Shown piece after piece: positions 1-12,215 of a stretch of DNA of 64,000 nucleotides; within the stretch, counting starts at the first letter, position 1; each line of letters opens with the position of its first letter. The position numbers were made by a program, and so were the translations under genes. Source of the DNA: Octopus vulgaris (taxonomy: Eukaryota); NCBI GenBank assembly GCA_951406725.2, contig OX597818.1, forward strand, positions 80,538,001 through 80,602,000, given 5' to 3'. The notes under the pieces were generated by a model that saw only the letters and a program-made list of their open reading frames with translations, searched no databases and was not told the origin of the DNA.

Positions 1-3
1 TGT

Positions 4-41
<38 letters not shown>

Positions 42-149
42 TCTATATATACATACATAGATTCATATTTACCTGTCACTGGACGAGTATATTTTTGTTG
101 ATCTTACCTTGATGGAATAGTAAACTCTATCTATCTATATCTATCTCCG

Positions 150-228
150 TGTGTGTGCATATATATACATACACACACATATATATAAACATATATATAT
201 TTACATACATATATATATATATATATAT

Positions 229-312
<84 letters not shown>
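150..312. repeat. (TA)n/(TACA)n microsatellite, representative of dozens of (TA)n tracts in the window
   Basis: Direct dinucleotide run; source of the IYIY ORFs. Confidence 0.97.
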
Positions 313-315
<3 letters not shown>

Positions 316-485
316 TTTTAAGAATTTATGGTAAATGCAGAAACGAAAATCAAATAGGATGGCAAGTTAAAAAACATATTAAATGCACAGACGAACGGAA
401 AACAGATACAGAAGGTTCCCAGTTTCTCATCAGTTATCGACCAGTAGGTCTGACGTAATTATATATATATATATAGTGCCCCATC

Positions 486-527
<42 letters not shown>

Positions 528-537
528 CCCCATCTAC

Positions 538-568
<31 letters not shown>

Positions 569-701
569 AGTGGATGGTGCAGAGGTTTAGGAACGGCTGA
601 AATTAGAATACAACTGGATAAACAACAAATAGCTAAATAGTTCGCGAGAGAGAGGAAGGAGGAGAGAGAGAGAGTGCGAAAGTGAGAGAGAAAGAGAAAT
701 G

Positions 702-750
<49 letters not shown>

Positions 751-776
751 GTAGGTAGGTAGGTAGGTAGATAGAT

Positions 777-870
<94 letters not shown>
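702..870. repeat. (GATA)n/(GGTA)n microsatellite
   Basis: Tetranucleotide run; similar tracts at about 17228-17290, 17830-17944, 18227-18316, 39062-39138 and 58180-58285. Confidence 0.97.
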
Positions 871-871
<1 letters not shown>

Positions 872-1018
872 CAAACATTTAGATGAACACATAGGTAGAC
901 AGTTAGATAGAGAGCACATGTAAGAGGAAAGGAACAGAGATAAGAGTAAAACGTGTTTATGCCTTTCCAAGAAAGGCATAAAGCTAAAAGTTCGGAGAAA
1001 GGAAATAAAAACCGAGTA

Positions 1019-1348
1019 TACCTTCTCCTCGACTTACGACCTATGTGACTTAAGACCATCCGCACTTACAACGTCAAAAGAATAAGGAAATAGAAAATTG
1101 AATAAATAAAAAAATTGGTCTTCGGAGTTTGGGCAGTTGCTTGTACAATAACTATGGCTGTATCAGGTAACGCATGCCTCCCTCAGACCCAGGCATCCAC
1201 TGCCTGCCACTATCTCTCATTCGGTCGCTTTCAAACATCAGTTGTCTCTGAATGAAAATAGAGTGGAAAATATAATCCAACATACGATCAGATCGACTTA
1301 TGACCAATCAGTCGGAACGAGACTCGGTCGTAAGTCGAGGAGAAGGTG
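1019..1348. mobile_element. Tc1/mariner-pogo (Tigger-like) MITE
   Basis: 23-bp TIRs (t/c)ACCTTCTCCTCGACTTACGACC at 1019-1041 and 1326-1348, each flanked by TA. Confidence 0.85.
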
Positions 1349-1734
1349 TATATCAGCCTCGGTACATCAGTGCTATTTTATTTTAATGATCCCTGAATGA
1401 TAAACGACAATGTTGAGCTTGGTGAGATTTGAACACAAAACATAAAAGTGCTTGAAGATATGCCGAAATGTATTTCCCCCGTCGCTCTAACAATGGTAAA
1501 AACAACTAAGTGTAGATATTTATCTTCTGCATGTTACACTCATTAGATTGCAACCATGTTTGAGCAATGCGTTGAAGAGTTTTTGTCGACTGTATGGTTC
1601 CCAGTACTTAAAAATTGATTTTATTTTATAGGTCTTTCTTGACAAAACACTAAGCCACGGTGGCAGGAACAAATGCACGCGCACACGCACTCACCACACA
1701 CTCAAATATATATATGTTCGGCGGACTTCTTTAT

Positions 1735-1949
1735 CTCTTTTACTCTTTTACTTGTTTCAATCATTTGACTGTGGCCATGCTGGAGCACCGCCTTTAGTCG
1801 AGCAAATCGACCCCAGGACTTATTCTTTGTAAGCCTAGTACTTATTCTATCGGTGTCTTTTGCCGAATCGCTAAGTTACGGGGACGTAAACACACCAGCA
1901 TCGGTTGTCAAGCGATGTTGGGGGGACAAACACAGATACCCAAACACAT

Positions 1950-1982
<33 letters not shown>

Positions 1983-2145
1983 CGACGAGCTTCTTTCAGT
2001 TTCCGTCTGCCAAATCCACTCACAAGGCTTTGGTCGGCCCGAGGCTATAGTAGAAGACGCTTGCTCAAGGTGCCGCGTAGTGGGACTGAACCCAGAACCA
2101 TGTGGTTGGTAAGCAAGCTACTTACCACACAGCCACTCCTACGCC
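1735..2145 (-). mobile_element. tRNA-derived SINE family A, full length, nested in an older copy
   Basis: Head GGCGTAGGAGTGGCTGTGTGG (A box), GGTTCAGTCCC (B box), internal (TA)n(TG)n and (GAGTAAAA)n tail. Flanks 1530-1734 and 2146-2190 continue a decayed family A copy. Confidence 0.9.
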
Positions 2146-2517
2146 TTTTTTATGTTTACGTTTACCAAATCGACTCGCAAGGCTTTTGTCTTCAACTATA
2201 GCGTAGGGCTCTCCAAAGCTTTGTAATTGGAATTGGTAAGTGGAAACTGAAAGAAGCCTGTTTTCACCACCAGCATTGGAGTAAGTATCATTGCTAGGTA
2301 TTAATTTCTATACGAAATTAGCATGCTTATCTAATGCAACTCGCTTACGGTGGGGATGTTGACTTCCCTGTCCTTTCAAATAGAACAATGTGCTTTATGT
2401 GGCTAAAGTGTCTAGGATTTATTTCTAGCAATGCCGGTGCTCACTGAGCACTTGGTCACTTTTGGCGACGGCGAATAATTTCCTTTTAGGTTTAAAATTA
2501 CGTCTAGCCACCTTGAT

Positions 2518-2571
<54 letters not shown>

Positions 2572-2959
2572 CGTGTGTTATCTGTGTGTGTGTAAGCGCA
2601 CACGCTTGTCTCCACCACCGCTTGACAAACAGTGAGTGTTCGTTTACATCCTCAGAAGCCAAGGTACCAGGCACTGAAACTGAACTCGAAAGCATATGGT
2701 CGCACCTATAACCACATATGCTTATAAACGTGCGGTCGCGCACGAGCACACATGCACACGCGCGCGCACGCGCGCACACACACACATATACACCCGTCTG
2801 TACGTGTTTGTGTATATGTGCGTATATCAATGTATATGCATTTATGTATGTATGCATGTATGTATGTATGTATGTATGTATGCATGTATGTATGCATGTA
2901 TGTATGCATGTATGTATTGCTTGTGTCATTGTGTTTATATGTATGCGTATAAAAACCGC

Positions 2960-3303
2960 AAGCAGGAGTGGCAGTGTGGTAAGTAGCTTGCTTACCAACC
3001 ACATGGTTCCGGGTTTAGTCCCAATGCGTAGCACCTTGGGCTAGTGGCTTCTACTGTAGCCTCGGGCCGACCAAAGCCTTGTGAGTGGATTCAGTAAACG
3101 GAAACTGAAAGAAGCCCGTCGTATATGTGTCTATGTATGTGTGTGTGTTTGTCCTCCCCACCATCGCTTGGCAACCGATGTTGGTATTTTTACGTCCCCG
3201 TAACTTAGCAGTTCGGCTAAAAAGACGGACAGGATAAGTACTAGGCTTACAAAGAATAAGTCATGGGGTCGATTTGTTCGACTAAAGACTGAAACATATA
3301 ATA

Positions 3304-3305
<2 letters not shown>
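2960..3305 (+). mobile_element. SINE family A
   Basis: Head, body and shortened tail match the other A copies. Confidence 0.88.
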
Positions 3306-3361
<56 letters not shown>

Positions 3362-3405
3362 AGTTTGAAAACGCCACTATATAAGATAAATTTTAATTTT
3401 CTTAG

Positions 3406-3457
3406 AAAATTTACATGTTTCGGTTCTTCTTGAAAAAACGAACCTTATCAAAATATT
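3406..3457 (-). ncRNA. Type I minimal hammerhead motif with U3-A8 core, 3' of a PLE ORF
   Basis: Minus strand reads att-TTGATAA-GGTTC(13 nt)GAACC-GAAA-CATG-TA-aat; palindromic ACATGT stem III. Confidence 0.6.
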
Positions 3458-3819
3458 TTAAAAAGTTAAGTGTAATAAAAAAGTTCATAATTGTTTCTTA
3501 CTGGTCTCAACAGAATCCACGTGGTTGTTTTTAGCTGTCTTATGTGTCCGAATGGTCAGTGACTGAAATGGCAGTAGCAGCAATGACTGTTGGTCGTAGT
3601 AGTAGTAACCGTGGTGGTGGTTGGGGTTGCAGCAGCTCATTGGTTGTAGCAGCTTATCTGTGGCAGTAGCAGCAGCAGCAGTAGTGGAGGGCTGTTGATC
3701 GTAGTAGTAATAGTAGTGACCATGATGGTTGTAGTAGTAGTAATAGTAGCAGCAGTCGTAGTAATCGTGGTGGTAGTGGTAGAATTCCATTTTTCTTTTC
3801 GGAAGACCAATGTATTGTT

Positions 3820-4675
3820 TTAATGTTCCTGGCCCAGGGTGTTCAAACTTGGTCCGAATTTTCTAATGAAATAAAGTTCTTTATTTTGGCGTTGAGTGAA
3901 GGTTACGCTGTCACTGAATTTGTAAAGTGGGCAAGTTGTGAATTTGAGATTTTTATTTGAAGCACATCTATCTATGTGTCCGCTGACTGGTATTTTCCTG
4001 TATTCAGGATTTCTAATTTGGGATTTATGCACCGCCATCCTTTTTCGTAAGCTGTTTTTGTATGGCCTATATACTGCCTATTTCACCCTGCGCATGTTAA
4101 GACGTAAATTAAGTTTTCTGATGCACAGGTGAAGTTTGTTCTGATGGTAAACTGATGGCCTTGTTCTAATGTGAATTCTGAACCTTCTACCAAGATGACA
4201 CAGATTCCGCAGTTGGGCTTGCCACATTTTCTAACTGCTGGTTTTGTGGTTGTTGTTGAGTGCAGTTTAGCTTGGGTTAAAATCTTTTTTAAGGATTTTG
4301 GTTGCCGTTTACTTTTAATGATGGTGTGTGTTTCGAGGATCCGGTTCATCTTTGGGTCTCCCTTTAGTAGGGCTGTGCTTTGTAGTATGGTTTTGAAGGC
4401 CTCATTGTTAAGTGGGTTGAGTGTAGAGATGTAGGGTAGGATTTTTAATTTTTCTTTCTTTTTTGGTTTTGTTTGTCTCATGTTTTCTATACTTGATTTA
4501 AGTGCTCGTTGGATTGCACTGTCTATTAGGGGCTGTGGATAATTTCTATTTATGAGTGTAGTTCTGAGTTCCTGGAGACGAGTGTGTCGGGTGTTTGTGT
4601 CTGATGTTATGGTGCAAATCCTTCTGGCTAAACAGAAAGGGACATTTATTCTAGTGTGTCTTGGGACCGTCACAC
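3820..4675 (-). mobile_element. Penelope-like element remnant: RT thumb, Cys-rich linker and GIY-YIG endonuclease (5'-truncated)
   Basis: NVPFCLARRICTI...RNYPQPLIDSAIQRA...KCGKPNCGIC...FTCASENLIYVLTCAG*NRQYIGHT, then a 1-nt frameshift to SLRKRMAVHKSQI...KELYFIRKFGPSLNT. Confidence 0.92.
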
Positions 4676-5409
4676 ACATATATATATGTGTGTACATATA
4701 CATATACATATATATGTATCTATTTATGCATGTATGTATGTCTGTATGTATGTGTGTGTATATATGTATGTATATATATATATATTTATCTGTGTATATA
4801 TATATACGTATTTATGTATGCTTGCGTGTGCGTGCGTATGTGTGTGTGGTTTGTAATAAGAAAATCTATTTTTGGAGGATCAGTCACTTGTATTCACGAA
4901 TATAAAACCAATATCTTTCTGTTTCTCTTTCTCCCTCTCCCTCTCTTTCTTTCTTTCTCTCCTTCTCTCTCTTTCTCTGTCTCCCTCTCCCTCTCTCTCC
5001 CCCCCCCCTCTCTCTCTCTCTCTCACTTTCTCTCTCTCACTTTCTCTCTCTCTAACGTTAACTAGTTTCAATGTAGCCGATTTCCATGAATAAACGAGAT
5101 TGAAAAGACGCAAAAACGAAGCCTAACTGCTTGCCTGCCAGTTCGCCTGCCCGCTTGCCTGACTGCCTGCTTCACTCTTACGTCAACCTCGTTCCGCTTT
5201 CAGATTAAACAGAAAGATGCATAAAGTGACAACATTGAAAAAGGCCTATTTGTCACTTTTACTACTGAACATATATTTACAAGCTGAATGCAATTACACC
5301 CACGTTATAACCTTCTATATTAATTCTGAAACAAGCTTTCTTCTTCTATTCATCTTTCAAAATTATCAATTTTGGTAGAAACGCTGCGAGTGACGGACAA
5401 AATGTTTGT

Positions 5410-5600
5410 GAGGCGAAGACGTAGTGGCTGTGAGACTAAGAAGCTCGGTTGGTGACCACGCGAAACGGGTTCAGTCCTGCTGCGGTGCACACCATGGACT
5501 TGGGGGAGTGCCTTCTACTACAGTCTCAGCTCCGCCCCCTCCTCAGGCCAACTAATGCCTTGTGAGTGAATTCGTTTGACGGAGAGTGTGTGAAAGTTCG
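5410..5600 (+). mobile_element. Old, diverged SINE family A-like head
   Basis: GTGGCTGTG...GGGTTCAGTCC...GCCTTGTGAGTGAATT. Confidence 0.6.
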
Positions 5601-5806
5601 CCGTGTGTTCCCCGCGCAAACACTAATCGGACACAGAGAGTGCGTCGTTAGCCAGATGGAGATGTACTCCTGGGGCTAAAAACAACAGTAGCATCGTCCT
5701 CTATGGGACCGTCACATCTAGTTGGCGATTCCGTACTGCTATTGTTTACTTCTCGCTCAGATATTTAATATTGGTTTTATACATACATACATACACACAC
5801 ACACAA

Positions 5807-5843
<37 letters not shown>

Positions 5844-5890
5844 CATATATTCATATATACATACGTATATGTACATGGGTACATCTATAC

Positions 5891-5939
<49 letters not shown>

Positions 5940-5940
<1 letters not shown>

Positions 5941-6420
5941 CATATGTGGGCACAGGACGTCACGAACCGTATACAACAAAATATACGAAGCGCGAGTACA
6001 TGGAACATGAGCTATTCCTTCGAACAACAAGACACAAATGGAAAACAAAACAAACAACATAAAGAACGGCCCCCTCATCAGTTGTTGGTTGTTCTTCTAG
6101 TCTTGTATTTCGAGCATTTAACAACAATATACGTTTTCGATAAAACAGTTGCTCCCGCAAAGCAAATTAAATAAAATTTGGGATTTTGCGGAGGGTCAAA
6201 ATTGGTAACGCAAACAGGACAGTGAAAACAAACAGGAAGGGCTGCTAAGCGTAAACGAGGTTGTCATGGCGAACGCGTAAATCAAGCTAGGACAGGAGAC
6301 AAACAAGAACACGTCTTCCTTGTTCCAGCTACAACGGAGCGAAAGAAAGAAAGATAGCCAATGGTCACGTGGGAGCACGTGAGCAAGGGAGGAGGAGTAA
6401 GGGAGAGAGAGTGACATATG
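5940..6420. mobile_element. Dispersed repeat family G, (TA)n-associated and unclassified (possibly PLE-derived)
   Basis: Near-identical to 21680-22200 and partly to 22370-22635 (CACAGGACGTCAC...CATAAAGAACG.CCC.TCATCAG...GCAAATTAAATAAAATTTGGGATTTT). Confidence 0.75.
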
Positions 6421-6438
6421 TGTGTGTGCTTACTTGGG

Positions 6439-6491
<53 letters not shown>

Positions 6492-6720
6492 CGCCGAATG
6501 TTAAAACACCTGAAATCATGGACAGGCGAGATACTCACATGTAATCCCATCGAGGAGTGATAGACATTGCTGTTTCGCCATTTTTGTGCCTTATAAACAT
6601 CATGTACCCGAACAACGAAGCATATACTTTAAGTATATGTTGTTGATAATGTTTATTACACTAATGCTGTTTCATATTTAAAATTTGAATTTATTCTTAT
6701 GTATGCATTGTCCGGGCATA

Positions 6721-6951
6721 AAAATAAAAATAAATGCTCCCTTTTAAAGCCTTCCCGGTTTCATGTGTTCCCCAGCTGGACGGGACGTCAGTCCAGCGCA
6801 GCGTTACTCATTTTTGCAAGCTGGGTGGACTGGAGCAACGTGAAATGAAGTGTTTTTCTCAAGAACACAACGCGTCGCCCGGTCCAGAAATCGAAACCAC
6901 AATCTTACGATGATGGTGCTGACACCCTAACCACTAAGCCACGCGCCTCAA
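6721..6951 (-). mobile_element. tRNA-derived SINE family D with 15-bp TSD
   Basis: Head GAGGCGCGTGGCTTAGTGGTTAGGG...GGTTTCGATT; TSD CATTGTCCGGGCATA at 6706-6720 and 6952-6966. Confidence 0.9.
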
Positions 6952-7574
6952 CATTGTCCGGGCATACCCACCACATATTTTGCACGATATATGCATATAA
7001 GTCGTTGACTGGCAAAATGATTCATCTCCGATCCTGTTCGGGTACATGATCTTGAGTCACAGAAATAGTGAAACATCGATGTACGTCGCTCCTTGATGGG
7101 ATTAGAGGTGAGTTATCTCGCCTGTCCATGACTTCCCGGTGTTCTAACATCTGGCGCTTTCAAGGAGTATTTGCATCACGCCAAATCGCAACCTATTAGC
7201 ATGTACACGAAGCAACAGGGGAAAGAATATTCGATGTAGTAGAGTGTAGTTAATCGAAACTGATGACTCATTCGATCGCCACTCCGAGTTTTTCCCTTCG
7301 TACATTCATTATAGTTTATAACGACTCACTCAGGGTACAAAGAACCAACTTCACTGACCCTTTTATAGTGACAATAAGATTGTTCAGAGGTAGTGGTCAA
7401 ATTAGCTTGAAAACCAAAGAAATCTGTCCCAAATACTTGCAACGAAGTGGACTGCCCTAATGACACCCAACAACACCGTGTTAGAGTTTTAACTGGATGA
7501 CAACTTAAGGATAACACAGTTATCCCTCGGTTTACACGGTACTCAATTTGCACGGCTTCATTTTCATTTTAGTA

Positions 7575-7791
7575 CTCTTTTACTCTTTTACTTGTTTCAG
7601 TCATTTGACTGTAGGTATGCTGGAGCACCGCCTTTAGTGGAGCAAATCGACCCCAGGACTTATTCTTTGTAAGCCTAATACTTATTTTATCGGTCTCTTT
7701 TGCCGAACCGCTACGTTACGGGGATGTAAACACAACAGCATCGGTGTCAAGCGATGTTGGGGAGGGGGAAAACACAGACACACAAACATAT

Positions 7792-7870
<79 letters not shown>

Positions 7871-8036
7871 TACGACGGGCTTCTTTCAGTTTCCGTCTAC
7901 CAAATCCACTCACAAGGCTTTGGTCGACCCGAGGCTATAGTAGAAGACACTTCCCCAAGGTGCCACGCAGTGGGACTGAACCCGAAACCATGTGGTTGGT
8001 AAGCAAGCTACTTACCGCTCAGTCACTCCTACGCCT
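7575..8036 (-). mobile_element. SINE family A, full length
   Basis: Complete head, internal (TA)n and tail. Confidence 0.92.
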
Positions 8037-8371
8037 AGTTTGGGTTTTGATCATTTCTTTCCTTCTTTTTCTTTTTTCTTGTATAAGTCATGACTGCGAC
8101 CATGCCGGGGTACTGTCTTGAGGGATTTAGTCGAATAAATCACGTCTAGTATTTATTGTATCGCTCTCTTATGATGAAGCACTAAGTTGCGGGTCGTAAA
8201 TATACCCACACCGGTTGTCAGGCGGTGGTGAGGGGACAAGCACAAACATACACACAGTGCATACATTCATACATACATACATACATACATACATACATAC
8301 ATACATACATACATACATACATACATACATACCTATATACGTTCGTGCACACGCGTGCGTGCTCATATATA

Positions 8372-8590
8372 TTCCTTTCTACTATAGGCACAAGGGCTGA
8401 AATTTGGGCGGGGAAACAGTAAGACGATTTACATCGATTCCAGTACTCAACTAGTATTTATTTTATCGACCCTGAAAGGATGATATGTAAAATCGTCCTC
8501 GGTGGAATTTGAACTTATATCATAGAGCAGACGAAATGCCGTTAAGGATTTTGCCCGGCGTACTAACGATTCTGCCAGTTTGCCGTCCGA
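8372..8590 (-). mobile_element. SINE family B
   Basis: Reverse complement of GGCAGAATCGTTAG...GTTCAAATTCC...CATCCTTTC.GGGTCGATAAAATAA...GCCCTTGTGCCTATAGTAGAAAGG. Confidence 0.8.
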
Positions 8591-8739
8591 CGCACGCATA
8601 TATCACGTGATCACGTAACCGTCCAGGCTATTAGATGTTGTTACACATCGCTGGTCACAAAGCGTTTTGAATTGTTTAAGCCTTTAAATGACGCTACCCC
8701 GCTGTCTAGGCGAATAGGCCAACATTCCCCACTGATTGA

Positions 8740-8870
8740 AAGTGGGGCTGGAGCAACGTGAAATGAAATATTCTGCTCAAGAACACAACGTGCAACCTAA
8801 TCAGGGAATCGAACCCACGATCTAGCGATCTTGAGTGCAACAGCCTAACCACTAAGCCATGAGCCTTCAC
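8740..8870 (-). mobile_element. SINE family D, 5' part
   Basis: Matches 6830-6950 (CTGGAGCAACGTGAAATGAA...CTCAAGAACACAACG...CCTAACCACTAAGCCA). Confidence 0.8.
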
Positions 8871-8949
8871 GCACATATATTGAAATTAAATCTCGAATTA
8901 CATATAAAGCTAAATAGCAGCTTGTAAATATAGGATTGACTAGATAGAC

Positions 8950-9088
<139 letters not shown>

Positions 9089-9641
9089 GATGAAGACATG
9101 TGCATGTGTGTCATCATGTGAGATGCACATCATTCAAACCAGCTACCCGTCCCCGTCCCTAAGACATCACATACCTCGCCAATCAACTGATGACAAGACA
9201 CTCTTATAACCATTTTAAGGGTTGTTTCTTCTAAAAAGACGTAGTATCATGAACACCCCTATCACCATCCCCATCGTCATGTGGTTGAGAAGTGTTAGTA
9301 TGTGTGTGTATGTACGTGTTCAAGTGTATGTGGATGTATATATAACGAATGTGTATGTTTGTTGATGTATGTTAATTTATGTTAATATATGAATGCGTGT
9401 GTTGTTGAGATACCAGAAAGTTGCACAACATATCTGGTTTCTATCTTATCAGTGAATGTTTTTTTCTTATAATAGGTCTAATGCACACACTCACACATAA
9501 CACACAGATGCATATACATATACATTTGCACACGCATAGATATACGCACGTTCACATATATACGTATGTCTATGTACAAATATACGTAAGTAAATGTACA
9601 AAGACATGTTGTCTTAATCTCCAAGCATACACACTGATAAT

Positions 9642-9856
9642 AATCCTTTGTACTATAAAAACAAGGCCTGAAATTTTAGGGGAGGGGACTAGTCGATTAC
9701 GTCGACCCCAGTGCTCGACAGGTACTTAATTCATCGACCCGCAAAGGTAAAAAATCAACTCCGGTAGAATTTGAACGCAGAACTTAATGACTGGCACTAC
9801 GATACTACGAAGCATTTTGCCCGGTATGCTCATGATTCTGCTAGCTCACCGTCTTA
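9642..9856 (-). mobile_element. SINE family B
   Basis: Family B motifs in reverse orientation. Confidence 0.8.
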
Positions 9857-9883
9857 CGGTCGCTGCTAATAATGTGTCCAAGT

Positions 9884-10285
9884 AAGGCGGTGAGCTGACA
9901 GAAACGTTAGCACGCCGGGCGAAATGCGTAGCCGTATTTCGTCTGCCGTTACGTTCTGAGTTCAAATTCTGCCGAGGTCGACTTTGCCTTTCATCCTTTC
10001 GGGGTAGATTAAATAAGTACCAGTTACGCACTGAGGTCGATATAATCGACTTAATCCGTTTGTCTGTCCTTGTTTGTCCTCTCTGTGTTTGGCCCCTTGT
10101 GGGTAGTAAAGAAATAAGTATTTTGTCTGCTGCTACGTTCTGAGTTCAAATTCCGCTGAGGTCGACTTTGCCTTTTATTCTTCTGAGGTCGCTAAAATAA
10201 GTATCAGTTGCGTACTGGAGTCGATCTGATCGACTGGCCCCTCCCAAAATATTTCGGACCTTGTGCCTAGAGTAGAAAAGATTAG
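9884..10285 (+). mobile_element. SINE family B, two tandem or nested units
   Basis: AAGGCGGTGAGCTGACAGAAACGTTAGC...GAGTTCAAATTC...GCCTTTCATCCTTTCGGGGT; the body repeats from about 10115. Confidence 0.85.
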
Positions 10286-10485
10286 TACGCTCAAGTAAAA
10301 ATGTATTTCAACCTCTCTGATTTACTGATAAACCTTCGGTGCTATTGTGAGGTCTGATCAACCGCAGTTACATTGTGAAATGGCCTGATCTTTCTACTGA
10401 GAACTCAGTTGGTTTTGTGACCTTTTATGGTATGACTGTTACCTGCGCATATCTTTGATGGCTATGATTTTGATGATTATGGTTG

Positions 10486-10789
10486 GTTGTTGTTGTTGTT
10501 TGTTCATTCGTTCTCGAGCCACGCCTGGCTCATAGGGCCGGTTTCCCGGTTTGCTTGGCGTATAGGTTCCCCACCTGGACGGGACGCCGGTCCGTCGCAG
10601 ATGAGCTGCATGATGCAGGAGGAAAGAGTGAGAGAAAGTGGTGACGAAAGAGTCAGGAGAAGTTCGCCATTACTTTCTGCCGGAACTGCGTGTTTTGCTC
10701 ATAAACACACATATCGCCCGGTCTGAGATTCGAACCCGCGATCCCTCGACCGCGAGTCCGCTGCTCTAACCACTAGGCCATGTGCCTCC
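10486..10789 (-). mobile_element. tRNA-derived SINE family C
   Basis: Head GGAGGCACATGGCCTAGTGGTTAGAGC...GGGTTCGAATC and (CAA)n tail; second copy at 48147. Confidence 0.9.
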
Positions 10790-10814
10790 ATAGTTGATAT
10801 GATTAAGTATGTTA

Positions 10815-11210
10815 TCTACAATAATAAACGCGAAATTGTGTCTGTCCATCCGAGATCCCTGTATCTCAGTGTACATTTATTCTACATAGGCATATTATAC
10901 CCTTTTAAAATCAGGATGATCCCGGGGTTGAAAATTTGCCTTTCATTTGGTTCTTGAACATCCAGCATTAGGATCAGGTCTAGATCAGTATTTGTTATAT
11001 GCTAAGTTGAAAATTCAAATTTTAAAAGAACTCCAAAATTTTGTGAACCTACAAGTTTTTCATTTAAACTAAATTTAAAGTATTACCATATTGGTAGGGT
11101 ATCAATAAATGCTTTATTATAATTGCAGCCTTAGTTTTGGGTCACAGGCCCAATTACCCCTCTGGAGGAGCTAGAGTAAAAGCCCGCCCGGAGAGTGGTT
11201 TTTAAGCTAG
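10815..11210 (+). mobile_element. Non-autonomous Helitron
   Basis: A|TC 5' end (TCTACAATAATAAA), subterminal imperfect GC hairpin at about 11178-11203, CTAG|T 3' end. Confidence 0.7.
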
Positions 11211-11239
11211 TTAATAATAAATCATTATTCAACACTATT

Positions 11240-11439
11240 TAAGGTGCTATTTTAGCATGCGATCTGCCGCAGTATACGTAGTCTACGCTGGTACAGGATT
11301 AGGATTAGGGTTTGAGTTTAAGATAAGGGTCGGGGTTTAGGGTTAGAGTCAGATCTTAGGGTTGGGGGTTAGGATTATGGTTAAACTGTACGCTAAAGTG
11401 TAAATGGCCACGTTGACCGCACACTAAAGTGGAACCCTA
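11240..11439. mobile_element. MITE-like element with internal degenerate (TTAGGG)n
   Basis: Imperfect TIR TAAGGTGCTATTTTAGCATGCG / CGCACACTAAAGTGGAACCCTA; telomere-like repeats at about 11297-11382. Confidence 0.55.
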
Positions 11440-11640
11440 TTTAGCTTGTTTTTATCATCCTGCAGTATAAAATTTTTTGCAGTGGAGGTAGACTTCACCC
11501 TGAAGTGTAGATGTGCTGGTAGACCTCACGCTGAAGTGGCACCAAGCCTTCTGTGTTTTCATTCCGTGCCCTCTTTAACACTCAATACCCCCAAATGGTT
11601 TTGTAATATCTTTGTAAGACATTTTATTATTAGTATGGAG

Positions 11641-11865
11641 GAAGGTGTCGAGCTGGCAAAATTGTTAACACGCCGGACAAAATTCTAAGCAGCGTTTCGT
11701 CCATCTTTACTTTCTGAGTTCAAATTCCGCCGAGGTCGACTTTACTATTTATCCTTTTGGGATTCATGAAATAAGTGCCAGATAAACAGGTGGCTCGATA
11801 TAATCGACTAGTTCCTTCTCCCAAAATTTCAGGCCTTGTGCCATAATAAAAAAGAAAGGATTATT
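11641..11865 (+). mobile_element. SINE family B
   Basis: Head, B box GAGTTCAAATTCC and AAAATTTCAGGCCTTGTGCC tail. Confidence 0.82.
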
Positions 11866-12215
11866 AGTATAGATAAACACCAGTGGTAGTATAAGATGAT
11901 TCTTTCTGTAGCAAGACACCTTTTCACCGATCTACGAAGTCTTAGATTATTGCCAAGTTCTTATTGAATAAAATTCAAGCAAACCTACTCAAGTATTTCT
12001 CACCCACGAATGACTGTGTTTCCGTGTAACTTTCAGAAAAATAATTTTCTACAAATACTTTTCAGTTGGTGTAGATTTCGATTATATTGAAATTTGTCGA
12101 GAAAACTCTTTTCGAAGAGCTCGAAGAGGTGTTTCGGATAATTCACATGAGTTGACTTTGTTTCCTCATAACCTTCAGAAAATTGTGTATTTTTTAAAAA
12201 AATTTTCTACATATA

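Noticed and set aside
11297-11382. True telomere or chromosome fusion site
   Set aside because: Short, degenerate and enclosed in an inverted-repeat element.
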